A stretch of DNA of 64,000 nt from a virus (IMGVR_UViG_3300033997_000035:1-64000); one strand, 5' to 3'; positions 9,949 to 18,328 are shown, counted from the stretch's first letter. Numbers and translations: made by a program. Notes: generated by a model not told the origin, from the letters alone.

Positions 9949-10740
9949 ATGACAGATTTTAAGAATGATACTTTATGGCTAATGAAAGGCGATTGCTTAG
10001 AACGGATGAAAGAAATTCCTGACGGTAGTGTAGATATGATTCTTGCGGACGCTCCTTACGGCACGACTGCGTGTAAGTGGGATTCAATTATTCCACTTGA
10101 ACCTATGTGGGAACAGTTGAAGCGTATCATCAAGTATAATGGTGCTATTGTTATGACGGCGAGTCAGCCGTTTACAAGCGTTCTTTCATGTAGCAATTTA
10201 CCAATGCTTAAAGAATCTTTGGTATAGGAAAAGACCACTGCTACAGGTCATTTAAATGCAAAAAGTAAATTTATGAGGGCTCACGAAGATATTTTAGTTT
10301 TTTACTCAAAGCCACCGACTTATAACCCTCAAATGACGCACGGCCATGAAAGAAAAGTTGCGTTAAGAGTTGATAGAGCAGAAAAGCTTTCTGATTGCTA
10401 CGGAAATCAAAAAGGTGAAACTAGCTACGATTCAACATCTAGATATCCAAGAAGCGTTATCAAGACAAGCACTGATAAGCAAAAATCAAAACTACATCCT
10501 ACACAAAAGCCAGTCGCTCTAATGGAATACCTAATTAAGACCTACACTAACGAGGGTGAGACGGTTTTAGATTTTACGGCAGGAAGTTTTACGACAGGTG
10601 TAGCTTGTGTTAATCTTAATCGTAAGTTTATTGGAATAGAGATGGATAAAAGTTATTTCGATATTGGCGTGAACAGAATTAAGGAGCGCATTAAGTGCCT
10701 AGATTTAAAGATAGAACCAACGATAAGCATGGGAGACTAA
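9949..10740 (+). pseudogene. beta-class N6-adenine/N4-cytosine DNA methyltransferase interrupted by an in-frame TAG at 10225-10227
   Basis: Track ORFs 9919..10227 and 10273..10740 are in the same frame. Motif IV DMILADAPYG (DPPY-like) lies in the first half and motif I FTAGSFTTG in the second. The TAG sits where homologues have Trp (..LV*EKTTATG..). Confidence 0.8.
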
Positions 10741-10892
10741 CTGTTATATCTCACGCAGGCAAAGACCATAGGAATAAACATTTATGGCTTTGTTTGTGTG
10801 AGTGCGGAAATGAGAAGGTTGTTGTTTCTGATAATCTGTCCAGTGGAAAGACTAATAGTTGCGGATGCTTAAAGGCTGAGTTTTATAATTGA
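10695..10892 (+). CDS. small Cys-rich (zinc-ribbon-like) protein
   Basis: GRLTVI...WLCLCECG...SCGC pattern; overlaps the methyltransferase 3' end. Confidence 0.45.
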   Translation: MPRFKDRTNDKHGRLTVISHAGKDHRNKHLWLCLCECGNEKVVVSDNLSSGKTNSCGCLKAEFYN

Positions 10893-12650
10893 GTAAAGAG
10901 GGTTTATGAGTTCAATTTCTAAAGCTAGAATCCTCTCTAACACACCCTCCATTTAAACACCCTAGGAAGCTCTATAATGGGCTTCCACTCTACCCTATAC
11001 AAACACACTGCCAATCTATTATCCCCTCTCCTGATGCTTCCTATGAGCTTTAAACAACTATCTAACACATGGGTTAACCTCTAGTTTTATTTTAATTACC
11101 TCTCTAAACCAACATTTCTTATTATTACCCATATTTCACCTCAATTCCTTCCTTAGTGTTGTATAATAAAATACACTGTTCATAATATCAACAACGTGTT
11201 GTACTGTATCGTATCCACAATACAAACATCGCAATAGTGTATTATTGTATTGATACACTACCGTACATAATTGATATGTAAACCAATTCTTTTATATAAA
11301 CATTTTACTTTATATTATAGTTGCCCTAGCAACGCCCTTCTAAGTTTACTCCCAAAACTACCCCACCCCCGCCATAACGGGAAATAAAACATACCCCCTT
11401 TCCTGCAATTTAGCAGGAGAATAATATCATGTGGCATGGTTACATGCAGGATATCAATTTAAAGCTCCATAGAGCTATGCTAATAGACGTTTGCACCAGA
11501 TGTGGTGCGATGGTATTACATTGTCAGAAACATTCATCCTAGTGTGATATAGAGCGTTTGGTGAAGGGATATAAATTTTAGTGATGGTGTAATATTTATC
11601 CCTTCGGGATGGAATTAATATGTCGTCACTTTGTGACGAATTTATACATTTTCGATAGGAATAACACCCCCACCCCCAATTTTTGGGGTGAATATTGATA
11701 CCCCTGTTCCATAGGAACGAGATTGAATTAATGTGGGATATTACTGTCGCTACGTCTGAGGTATTAAGCAAGGCTGCTGCCAGCCTGTCTGATATTCTCT
11801 ATCTTGGTGTAATATCAAGGCCATCGGCCTAAGCCCTCCAATCCCTTGCTGTGCCTGAATTGGCACCAATAACCACACCTTTCATCTTAGATGAGAACCA
11901 TTATCATCTAACCGTTTTCTATACACTCGTATAACCTGATTTAAATAAGAATAATTCTTATTAGTGCCGTGTGCAGGCACAAACATATTACTATTCGATA
12001 ACGATAATCGTTATCACTTAGATTACTATTCAATACTGAATTTATGGTGTAATGATAATGATTATTATTAGTGTTATTATTTAATGTTGTGTCGAGTGAC
12101 GACACGTTAGGATATAAAATGGCTTGCATTGTGCAAGCAAGGCGAAGAGGGAAAAGATTGTTAAGCATTCCTTCGGCATACTTAACAATTCCCCACACTT
12201 ATCACTTCTCTCAACATTATCTAATCTATACGCAACATGCGTATGAAATTTAATCCTATATACCTACGGTATAACTAAGCATTCGTCCATCAGCTTACCA
12301 ACTTTACCCCACACTATTACTCTATGATGCTATGCATCAAACTATTCAATTCATACGCATGATGTGTATAACAATATAACCTTGCATACAATGTATGCCA
12401 TTACTCACTATCGTCTGACATTCTACTCATCACTGAACAATTACCTTATAAGATGCACTCGCATCTAAACAATAATCACTATCATTTGCATTTTGCAAAT
12501 AACATTAGAATTTTGTCATGTTATGACATAGATGGATATAATTTAAAGTTGGCATAGTGCTTGCTAGTGATTAGATTGTTGTGTGATGTGTATTATTTAA
12601 TAGTTGACAATAGTATAAAAGTGTGCCCTTGTTTTATTAGTTTATACAGC

Positions 12651-12728
12651 GACAAAATGTCGTATCGAGCATAATTAAGCAAATCAATAACTTAGTCATT
12701 TCTCGATATGACAAATTGTCGTATTGAG
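12651..12728. promoter_or_regulatory. iteron/operator pair GACAAAWTGTCGTATYGAG
   Basis: Two copies (12651-12669 and 12710-12728, 17/19 identical), 59 bp apart. The second overlaps the -35 of the RHH gene promoter. Confidence 0.5.
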
Positions 12729-12753
12729 TGAGATCAAGAGTTTATGGTAAAAT
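12724..12753 (+). promoter_or_regulatory. promoter TTGAGT-N18-TGgTAAAAT (extended -10)
   Basis: -35 at 12724-12729, -10 at 12748-12753 with TG at 12745-12746. Confidence 0.5.
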
Positions 12754-12800
12754 AGCATATAAACGATAATAGTTATCATTTACTTACAAAGGGCTTTAGG

Positions 12801-13007
12801 ATGCAATTAGACTTAAATTTGCCTAGGCATATGATAGACCAGCTCGATCAATTAAGCGGGGAGGCCCCTCTTAGGTCTTACATTAGGAAGATTTTACAAG
12901 ATCATATTTCTGGTAGCTGTGCTACTGTCCCCAATACTGACACAGGTATTAATACAAATGAAGATAAGAACCAAAGCACTGGACTTAGTAGAAGTTCACA
13001 AGGTTAA
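12801..13007 (+). CDS. ribbon-helix-helix (CopG/Arc-like) DNA-binding protein
   Basis: N-terminal MQLDLNLPRHMIDQLDQL...YIRKILQDH pattern typical of an RHH fold. Confidence 0.5.
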   Translation: MQLDLNLPRHMIDQLDQLSGEAPLRSYIRKILQDHISGSCATVPNTDTGINTNEDKNQSTGLSRSSQG

Positions 13008-13032
13008 CGCTGAAGAGGGGGCGCACTACTTT

Positions 13033-13488
13033 ATGATGCCTCAATACTTAACAAAGATTTCAACGGTAGAAAATAAAGATAATGGCTTGTGTGTTAAGCT
13101 AGATATAGAATGCTGGGCCATATACTCTTACTTATCTGCATATGGCTATGCCCACGGATATAATTCAATCTATCCAAATCAGGATCAGATAGGGATAGAC
13201 TTGGGTATGAATGTTCGTACTGTGCAACGCAAGATAGGGTTACTCAGTGAGGCTGGTTTTGTGTTAGTAACTAGGATGAAACTAGGCGGCAAGAAAGACA
13301 AGAATGTCTACCGCTTAAAAATCCCTAGGATGCTGCCACGGCTTAGGTATTTAGATATTATGGGGAATATTTTAGAAGGTAAACTCTATAAGTTTGATCC
13401 CAGCATATTCCACAAAGAGAAGTCTGCAAAAGGTAAAGATGTTACCTTTGAAATGATCCAAGCACTGAAGGGGCCAGAAACAAACTAG
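13033..13488 (+). CDS. winged-helix replication-initiator-like / HTH protein
   Basis: IYPNQDQIGIDLGMNVRTVQRKIGLLSEAGFVLV HTH motif. The start is chosen after the upstream stop, with GAAGAGGGG upstream. Confidence 0.5.
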   Translation: MMPQYLTKISTVENKDNGLCVKLDIECWAIYSYLSAYGYAHGYNSIYPNQDQIGIDLGMNVRTVQRKIGLLSEAGFVLVTRMKLGGKKDKNVYRLKIPRMLPRLRYLDIMGNILEGKLYKFDPSIFHKEKSAKGKDVTFEMIQALKGPETN

Positions 13489-13521
13489 CCGCCTCCACTA
13501 TCAATGAATTAGTGTAACAAT

Positions 13522-13554
13522 AAAGCCCTTAGAATCACTTCTAAGGGCTTTTTG
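13522..13554. terminator. bidirectional intrinsic terminator
   Basis: AAGCCCTTAGAA-TCAC-TTCTAAGGGCTT flanked by A-run and T-run, between convergent genes. Confidence 0.7.
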
Positions 13555-13568
13555 CTTCATGCTATCGT

Positions 13569-13811
13569 TTACAAACTGTATTCTATCGTTACGTTTGAAC
13601 CCTTGTATTCCATCATTAGTCTGGCCTTGGCTCTATCTGCAATTGCAGCCAGTCCTGTGATGTTTCTCTGTTTGTGGCTAGTGTAGTCTAGCACTTTACC
13701 ATTTTTATTTTTAGCTATCACTTTTAATATTACAAACTGATCGGCTATTAAGTGGCCTGATATTTTGTCAGTTTTAGTAGTGACGGCTTTTAAGATTTCT
13801 TGGAATTTCAT
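13569..13811 (-). CDS. hypothetical protein
   Basis: 80-aa ORF, last gene of a leftward unit. Confidence 0.55.
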   Translation of the reverse strand: MKFQEILKAVTTKTDKISGHLIADQFVILKVIAKNKNGKVLDYTSHKQRNITGLAAIADRAKARLMMEYKGSNVTIEYSL

Positions 13812-13857
13812 GGTCGTGTCCTTAGTTATCGGTGTTTTTAAAAATCTTTATGTGGTG

Positions 13858-13885
13858 AATATAACACGTCTATCACAGGATACAA
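13858..13885 (-). promoter_or_regulatory. leftward promoter TTGTAT-N16-TATATT
   Basis: Read on the minus strand; preceded by the 29-nt repeated upstream element at 13896-13924. Confidence 0.45.
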
Positions 13886-13951
13886 GCGTTATTTTAAATA
13901 AATTCCAATTATTTTCACCTAACAATAAAGCCCTCGAAAGAGGGCTTTATT

Positions 13952-14161
13952 CTATCTTCCACCTAAATTGTCGGGTTGGCTTTTATAGCAATTTGGCAAT
14001 TTTTGCCACTCAGCGTAGAGGTCTTTTAAAGCTAATTTTTTCAATCTTATTATATTGAGCATCCTATCTTCAGAAAGCCTTTCCGTATGATCTTTAATGT
14101 ACCTTATAATGTCTGCCATTTTGTTGTTGTAATCTACTACTAACCAATTGCATGTTTTCAT
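13952..14161 (-). CDS. hypothetical protein
   Basis: 69-aa ORF downstream of the promoter at 14211-14238. Confidence 0.5.
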   Translation of the reverse strand: MKTCNWLVVDYNNKMADIIRYIKDHTERLSEDRMLNIIRLKKLALKDLYAEWQKLPNCYKSQPDNLGGR

Positions 14162-14210
14162 TTTATTCTACCTTCTACCGTTCGCGGCACCATTGCCTTC
14201 CATGTGTTAA

Positions 14211-14238
14211 ATATTAACAGGTTTTCAGCTTGTGTCAA
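14211..14238 (-). promoter_or_regulatory. leftward promoter TTGACA-N16-TAATAT
   Basis: Minus strand -35 at 14238-14233 and -10 at 14216-14211; 29-nt upstream element at 14250-14278. Confidence 0.6.
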
Positions 14239-14467
14239 TACCCTATATAAAATAAATTCCAACTATTTTCACCTAACACAAGGCCGCTTACAATTCACTA
14301 TAAGCGGCTTTCATCCTTCCCTATGCAATCACATTACCTAGCTATAAAAGTCGCTTAGAATGTCTGCTATTGCGTTTAATCTGCTTTCTTTCCAATAGTT
14401 TCCCATGATAGCAGTATTTCTCCTTCACATTCACAAAAGTAGCAGTATACTATATATTCAGTTTGTG

Positions 14468-14569
14468 TCATTTGTCGCAATCTCCCACAGTGGCCACATA
14501 ATTAAACCGCACGGCAAATATCGCTAGCACTACCCAAGTTAAGCCGATGATGATCCAAGATGTTAACAT
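14468..14569 (-). CDS. small membrane protein (33 aa)
   Basis: MLTSWIIIGLTWVVLAIFAV...; AGAGGGGG RBS overlapping the upstream stop. Confidence 0.4.
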   Translation of the reverse strand: MLTSWIIIGLTWVVLAIFAVRFNYVATVGDCDK

Positions 14570-14582
14570 GATTTACCCCCTC

Positions 14583-14738
14583 TTAATCTAACAATTTAGC
14601 ACAATAGCCAGCGTTATAACCTTGAGCGATGCAATCTTTCTCAGCCTTGACACCTGTATGGTAGATAATGGCGGCTGTCAACATACAGATTAACACTAAT
14701 ACCGCTTTGTTACTTTTGAGAATGTTTGGCTTTTTCAT
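14583..14738 (-). CDS. small signal-peptide/membrane protein (51 aa)
   Basis: MKKPNILKSNKAVLVLICMLTAAII...; below the ORF-track cutoff. Confidence 0.4.
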   Translation of the reverse strand: MKKPNILKSNKAVLVLICMLTAAIIYHTGVKAEKDCIAQGYNAGYCAKLLD

Positions 14739-14837
14739 TGGGTATTCCTTCTTTAAACCTTGGCAACATTGCCGCTATTCATTGATTAAGATATTAGCTT
14801 AAGGGCCTGACTATTACAAGCCCTATTTTGAAATTAT

Positions 14838-15071
14838 TTAAATCAAGCTTACACCGCGATTAATACAAGATTGCGCCATATAAAAGCCCATCTCTTTTGG
14901 CATACGTTGGATCGCTGCAAGCATCACCTCTTTAACTTCAGCACGTTTACCATCGTCTAACATTGATTTGATAGTATTATCGCACTCAGTTACACAACGA
15001 CCAATAAAGTATTCGTCACCTTCTTTGATCCAACATGCCAGCTTTTGTAAGTTTGCGTATAATACACTCAT
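14838..15071 (-). CDS. hypothetical protein
   Basis: Internal ATG (MSVLYANL...) is preferred over the TTG start of the track ORF. Confidence 0.45.
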   Translation of the reverse strand: MSVLYANLQKLACWIKEGDEYFIGRCVTECDNTIKSMLDDGKRAEVKEVMLAAIQRMPKEMGFYMAQSCINRGVSLI

Positions 15072-15359
15072 TTCGTCTACCTTTGTTTGTGGTGTTTCGT
15101 TTCGATGTGTAAATAGTAGATCAACTAAATTTAGATTGCAATGGGTAGAATGCAAAATAATTGCAAATATTTTTAAATTATTTATCCCTCCACTAAAACG
15201 CCCTAGAATGCATTTTAAGCGACGATAATTTTAGGCTATACGATTGCATTAATAACTTAAGATAATCGATTGTGGCGTGATTGGCTGCGTTTAACAAGTG
15301 TTATATGCATATACAAGAAAGCCAGCTTGTTAGGCTGGCTTAATATTCACACTTGGTAG

Positions 15360-15782
15360 TCAATCCTCCAAATATTCTTTTTCGATATGCTCTGAAAACT
15401 CTTCTACTGTCATCCAATTAGTAATTTCTCCATACGAATCCACTTTAATTAGCGGCTTAGCTAGTGGATTTTCGAAGTTAATAGTATAACGGTAATCATT
15501 ATACTGGTTCGTATGTTCTGGATGATCTTGAATATATACATTTCCACATTCTACATCATTTTTAGTGATGTTCGACTTGTTCAGTACACAGACTAACATC
15601 GCACACAGATTTGTAGGCCCGTTAAACTGTGCCTTTGAATCAGAATAACCGTTAACATTTTCTTTGGTTATCTGGCTTAAAATTTCCCGCCCCATTGCAT
15701 CTAAGTAACCATCATATTGGCGGTAGATAGTTAATAAAGGGACTTCATTTACTTGGATTTGAACTGTTGCACGTGTGCCCAT
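15360..15782 (-). CDS. hypothetical protein
   Basis: 140-aa ORF with AGGAG RBS. Confidence 0.6.
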   Translation of the reverse strand: MGTRATVQIQVNEVPLLTIYRQYDGYLDAMGREILSQITKENVNGYSDSKAQFNGPTNLCAMLVCVLNKSNITKNDVECGNVYIQDHPEHTNQYNDYRYTINFENPLAKPLIKVDSYGEITNWMTVEEFSEHIEKEYLED

Positions 15783-15811
15783 GTTATCGACTCCTTAATT
15801 TGTAAATTTAA

Positions 15812-15973
15812 TTAACGTTTCAAACTCAATACTTGTCTTGACTTAGTTTCCACCCACCATAAGCCATAAGCTTTAAATGGTGCGGCTAATAGTGTCACCC
15901 CCTCAGCCTTTGCCTTGGCAATAAATTCCCTTGCGGCTTGGCGAGTTGGTTTAGCAGTGATGATCTTGTTCAT
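15812..15973 (-). CDS. hypothetical small basic protein (53 aa)
   Basis: MNKIITAKPTRQAAREFIAKAKAEG...; below the ORF-track cutoff. Confidence 0.4.
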   Translation of the reverse strand: MNKIITAKPTRQAAREFIAKAKAEGVTLLAAPFKAYGLWWVETKSRQVLSLKR

Positions 15974-16050
15974 GGTATATTCCCTTTGTTTAGTTGAATG
16001 TTTGCCTATCTACCACTTAATATAATCTAACTAATTTCACATTGCAAGCA

Positions 16051-16296
16051 TTATTTATTCTTTTTCTTCGGTTTCACTTCAGGCGCTTCAATTGTCCAAA
16101 TGTTAAAGTGATTAATCACCCATTGCCACGCCTCGAAAGCTGTTGCTCTGCTGATCCCCTTGCATGTTCCGTCCACCTTCACTGTGTAACTGGAGTGACC
16201 AGCTAGGCGGCATACTTCAACTTCACAAGTGACAGATTCACCGATTACTTGCCCGATACCTGATTTTTCTGTATTCTTAACTATTAACTTTGACAT
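16051..16296 (-). CDS. hypothetical protein
   Basis: 81-aa ORF. Confidence 0.55.
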   Translation of the reverse strand: MSKLIVKNTEKSGIGQVIGESVTCEVEVCRLAGHSSYTVKVDGTCKGISRATAFEAWQWVINHFNIWTIEAPEVKPKKKNK

Positions 16297-16382
16297 TGCG
16301 TGTCATCCTATTTGGTTTAATAACGTTTAACAATAGCGACTCAAGTTATCCATTAATTAAGTCGCTATAAGCTAAATGCTAT

Positions 16383-16535
16383 CTAGAAATCATAACCCTG
16401 GCTTAATTGCTTGCAAAGTTTGCCCTGTGCTTTGCGTTGTGTTAACTCCTTGCGCTTAAGTTTGCGTTCTAGTTTCAAATTATCCGAGTCTGAAAATTTA
16501 CGAGCTGGTTTGTTGATACGTTCTAAATTTTGCAT
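16383..16535 (-). CDS. hypothetical small basic protein (50 aa)
   Basis: MQNLERINKPARKF...; co-directional with its neighbours, unlike the opposing track ORF 16411..16635. Confidence 0.4.
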   Translation of the reverse strand: MQNLERINKPARKFSDSDNLKLERKLKRKELTQRKAQGKLCKQLSQGYDF

Positions 16536-16554
16536 AGGTTTAATTTCCTTCTTG

Positions 16555-16857
16555 TTAACATACTACAACTTTAACCATTTTGGCCTGTTTGCACCAGTAG
16601 ACCCTCACATTCTTAAAGTCATCGTTTACCATTGAGGCGCTACAGTGTGCCACTTGCAAGCTGTTAATATTTTGTCGCTGCAAGCCATTAACTAGGTTTG
16701 AGGTATGTGTTAACATTCTGGTAAACTCTTCAACGTTACCTTGTCCAGCCTGTTTCGCAAAGTATTCGTAAGCCGAATAGATATTATTGTGCTCACGCAA
16801 TTGGTTTTCGATATCCGCATCGATCTCTTTTTGTAGCCAGTTTGAGAAGAACCCCAT
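16555..16857 (-). CDS. hypothetical protein
   Basis: 100-aa ORF abutting the upstream gene. Confidence 0.55.
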   Translation of the reverse strand: MGFFSNWLQKEIDADIENQLREHNNIYSAYEYFAKQAGQGNVEEFTRMLTHTSNLVNGLQRQNINSLQVAHCSASMVNDDFKNVRVYWCKQAKMVKVVVC

Positions 16858-16858
16858 A

Positions 16859-17221
16859 TTAAGCCACCTTTACTTTTCTAATATTTTGGGCGATAACAGC
16901 CGCTAGGCGATCCCAGTAAAGATTTAATTCTTTGTATAACTTTGTTTCGCTTTCATTACCCGCCAGCAATCCCCAAGATTTTAAACGCTGTTCAATATCA
17001 AAATAAGTAAAATCGCAATTAATCGCCAGCCCTAACAGCCATTCTCGGATCGCATTTTGCGGCCCTGCACGCTTGATCATGTGGTCATATTCTAACTCAA
17101 TACGGCTCTTAACGTGTCCCCAAATTTGATCATTAGTTGGGTTATCTAAGCCGTGATCCTCCTCGGCTAAGCATTCTAAAACGTAGGCTGTAATTGCTGG
17201 CTTAAAGTTTTTACGTGTCAT
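16859..17221 (-). CDS. hypothetical protein
   Basis: 120-aa ORF. Confidence 0.6.
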   Translation of the reverse strand: MTRKNFKPAITAYVLECLAEEDHGLDNPTNDQIWGHVKSRIELEYDHMIKRAGPQNAIREWLLGLAINCDFTYFDIEQRLKSWGLLAGNESETKLYKELNLYWDRLAAVIAQNIRKVKVA

Positions 17222-17316
17222 GATATATTCCTTGGTTTGTGTTTGATTACATTACTAAGCATTGGCGCTTAAACATAGAGCCTACCCTAAAGCCCTATGA
17301 CTTAAAAGTCAACAAA

Positions 17317-17709
17317 TTACTCTTCGTCTTCCTCCTCCTCTTCTTCTAACTCTTCGATTTCCTCTTCTAGTGATTCAATTTCACTTTCCAAGTCTTCGAT
17401 CTCACCTTCTAGATCGGTGTAAGCGTCTAGCCCTGTTACATCAAAACCATCAGCATAATCATTGAGACCACAGCGGTAAAATGTATTATCTTTGTCTTCA
17501 CAGAGTCGGGCAGCACTGCCACAATACCACGGTAAAGCGTCCACCTGTTCGCCGTACATCTCATTCAAGAAATTATCCCAAGCTGAAGTAACTTCATCTT
17601 CAAAGTGAGCTAACGGATCTGCTTCCATGCTTGCCAGTGTGTCTTGCATTTGTTCCAGATCTTCACGCTTAGAAGTTAAAGCCGCTTGCAGTTCTGCTAA
17701 TTTAGTCAT
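17317..17709 (-). CDS. hypothetical coiled-coil protein with poly-acidic C-terminus
   Basis: C-terminal EIEELEEEEEEDEE; GGCATTATTGCC palindrome in the 5' UTR. Confidence 0.6.
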   Translation of the reverse strand: MTKLAELQAALTSKREDLEQMQDTLASMEADPLAHFEDEVTSAWDNFLNEMYGEQVDALPWYCGSAARLCEDKDNTFYRCGLNDYADGFDVTGLDAYTDLEGEIEDLESEIESLEEEIEELEEEEEEDEE

Positions 17710-17781
17710 AATTTATACCCTATTTAATTTGGCATTATTGCCGTTTGTGTGTCGTATTATTGTATAACTTTGGTTAGTGTG

Positions 17782-18030
17782 TCAAGCTTTTATTTTGATC
17801 TTATCGAACTTTTCTTTAAACCATGCCGTAACGTCACTATATCCAGTTTTAGAGTTGCCAAATCTCACCTTGATATTTTCCTTAATCATGCTGTCGGTCC
17901 CTTCCGTTAATTTTTCTCTTACTACCTCAGCGCAGTACTTATCCGCTTGTTTTTTGGTCTTAAAGTTTGCCGTACAGATACCGCCTTCAAAGAAACGAGA
18001 AGGAAAACTTACTAAATACCAGTTTGACAT
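17782..18030 (-). CDS. hypothetical protein
   Basis: ATG at 18030 preceded by AAGGTG. Confidence 0.5.
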   Translation of the reverse strand: MSNWYLVSFPSRFFEGGICTANFKTKKQADKYCAEVVREKLTEGTDSMIKENIKVRFGNSKTGYSDVTAWFKEKFDKIKIKA

Positions 18031-18328
18031 AATAATCACCTTTTAAATTAATATTGTTTAAGCGCTTAGCAATTACTAGCGGGTCTGCCCCTAAAGTCTC
18101 AAAGTCTACAGGTGACAACTCCCCATTATTGAATAGCTTCACGTGCTCTTTTCTGTAACCTGCCACAATAAACGGGCTATTAGTTACCACTATTTCTAAG
18201 TTAGACTTATAGGCAAGTTGATCAACCAAAGATAAACGGTTTTCAGGATATAAATCTTTCTTACCTTCAAGATGTTTGATTGTTAAAGGTAAGAAACCGT
18301 TTATCTTTTGTTTAGTGTATATAACCAT
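17987..18328 (-). CDS. hypothetical protein
   Basis: 113-aa ORF with GGAGG RBS. Confidence 0.5.
   Translation of the reverse strand: MVIYTKQKINGFLPLTIKHLEGKKDLYPENRLSLVDQLAYKSNLEIVVTNSPFIVAGYRKEHVKLFNNGELSPVDFETLGADPLVIAKRLNNINLKGDYYVKLVFSKFSFSFL

Larger units (their letters stand above)
10893..12800. other. 1.9-kb ORF-free tract densely packed with short unrelated hairpins/palindromes
   Basis: At least 19 perfect inverted repeats with 6-9 bp arms, mostly 3-4 nt loops. Examples: 11623-11639, 11674-11688, 11997-12015, 12122-12138, 12228-12244, 12259-12273, 12325-12339, 12384-12398, 12484-12500, 12514-12528. Confidence 0.7.

Noticed and set aside
10225-10227. Genome-wide TAG reassignment (stop-codon recoding) as the explanation for the in-frame amber in the methyltransferase.
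   Set aside because: TAG terminates several well-supported genes in the same window (for example 2211-2213, 7303-7305, 13486-13488 and 10225 itself in the track). No other gene needs TAG read-through.
11475-12253. Track ORFs 11475..11771(-), 11941..12198(-) and 12071..12253(+) within the hairpin tract.
   Set aside because: They have no RBS and start at non-ATG or poorly placed codons. Their low-complexity products are made largely of translated palindromes, so I treated the tract as non-coding.
10893-12800. CRISPR array or tRNA cluster in the large non-coding tract.
   Set aside because: There is no repeated unit with unique spacers, because every hairpin is different. No GTTCRANYC T-loop or cloverleaf-compatible arrangement was found.
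16411-16635. Plus-strand track ORF (74 aa) inside the leftward early operon.
   Set aside because: It has no RBS and a Leu/Ser/Arg-rich shadow composition. The opposite strand has co-directional ORFs (16383..16535 and 16555..16857) with proper packing.
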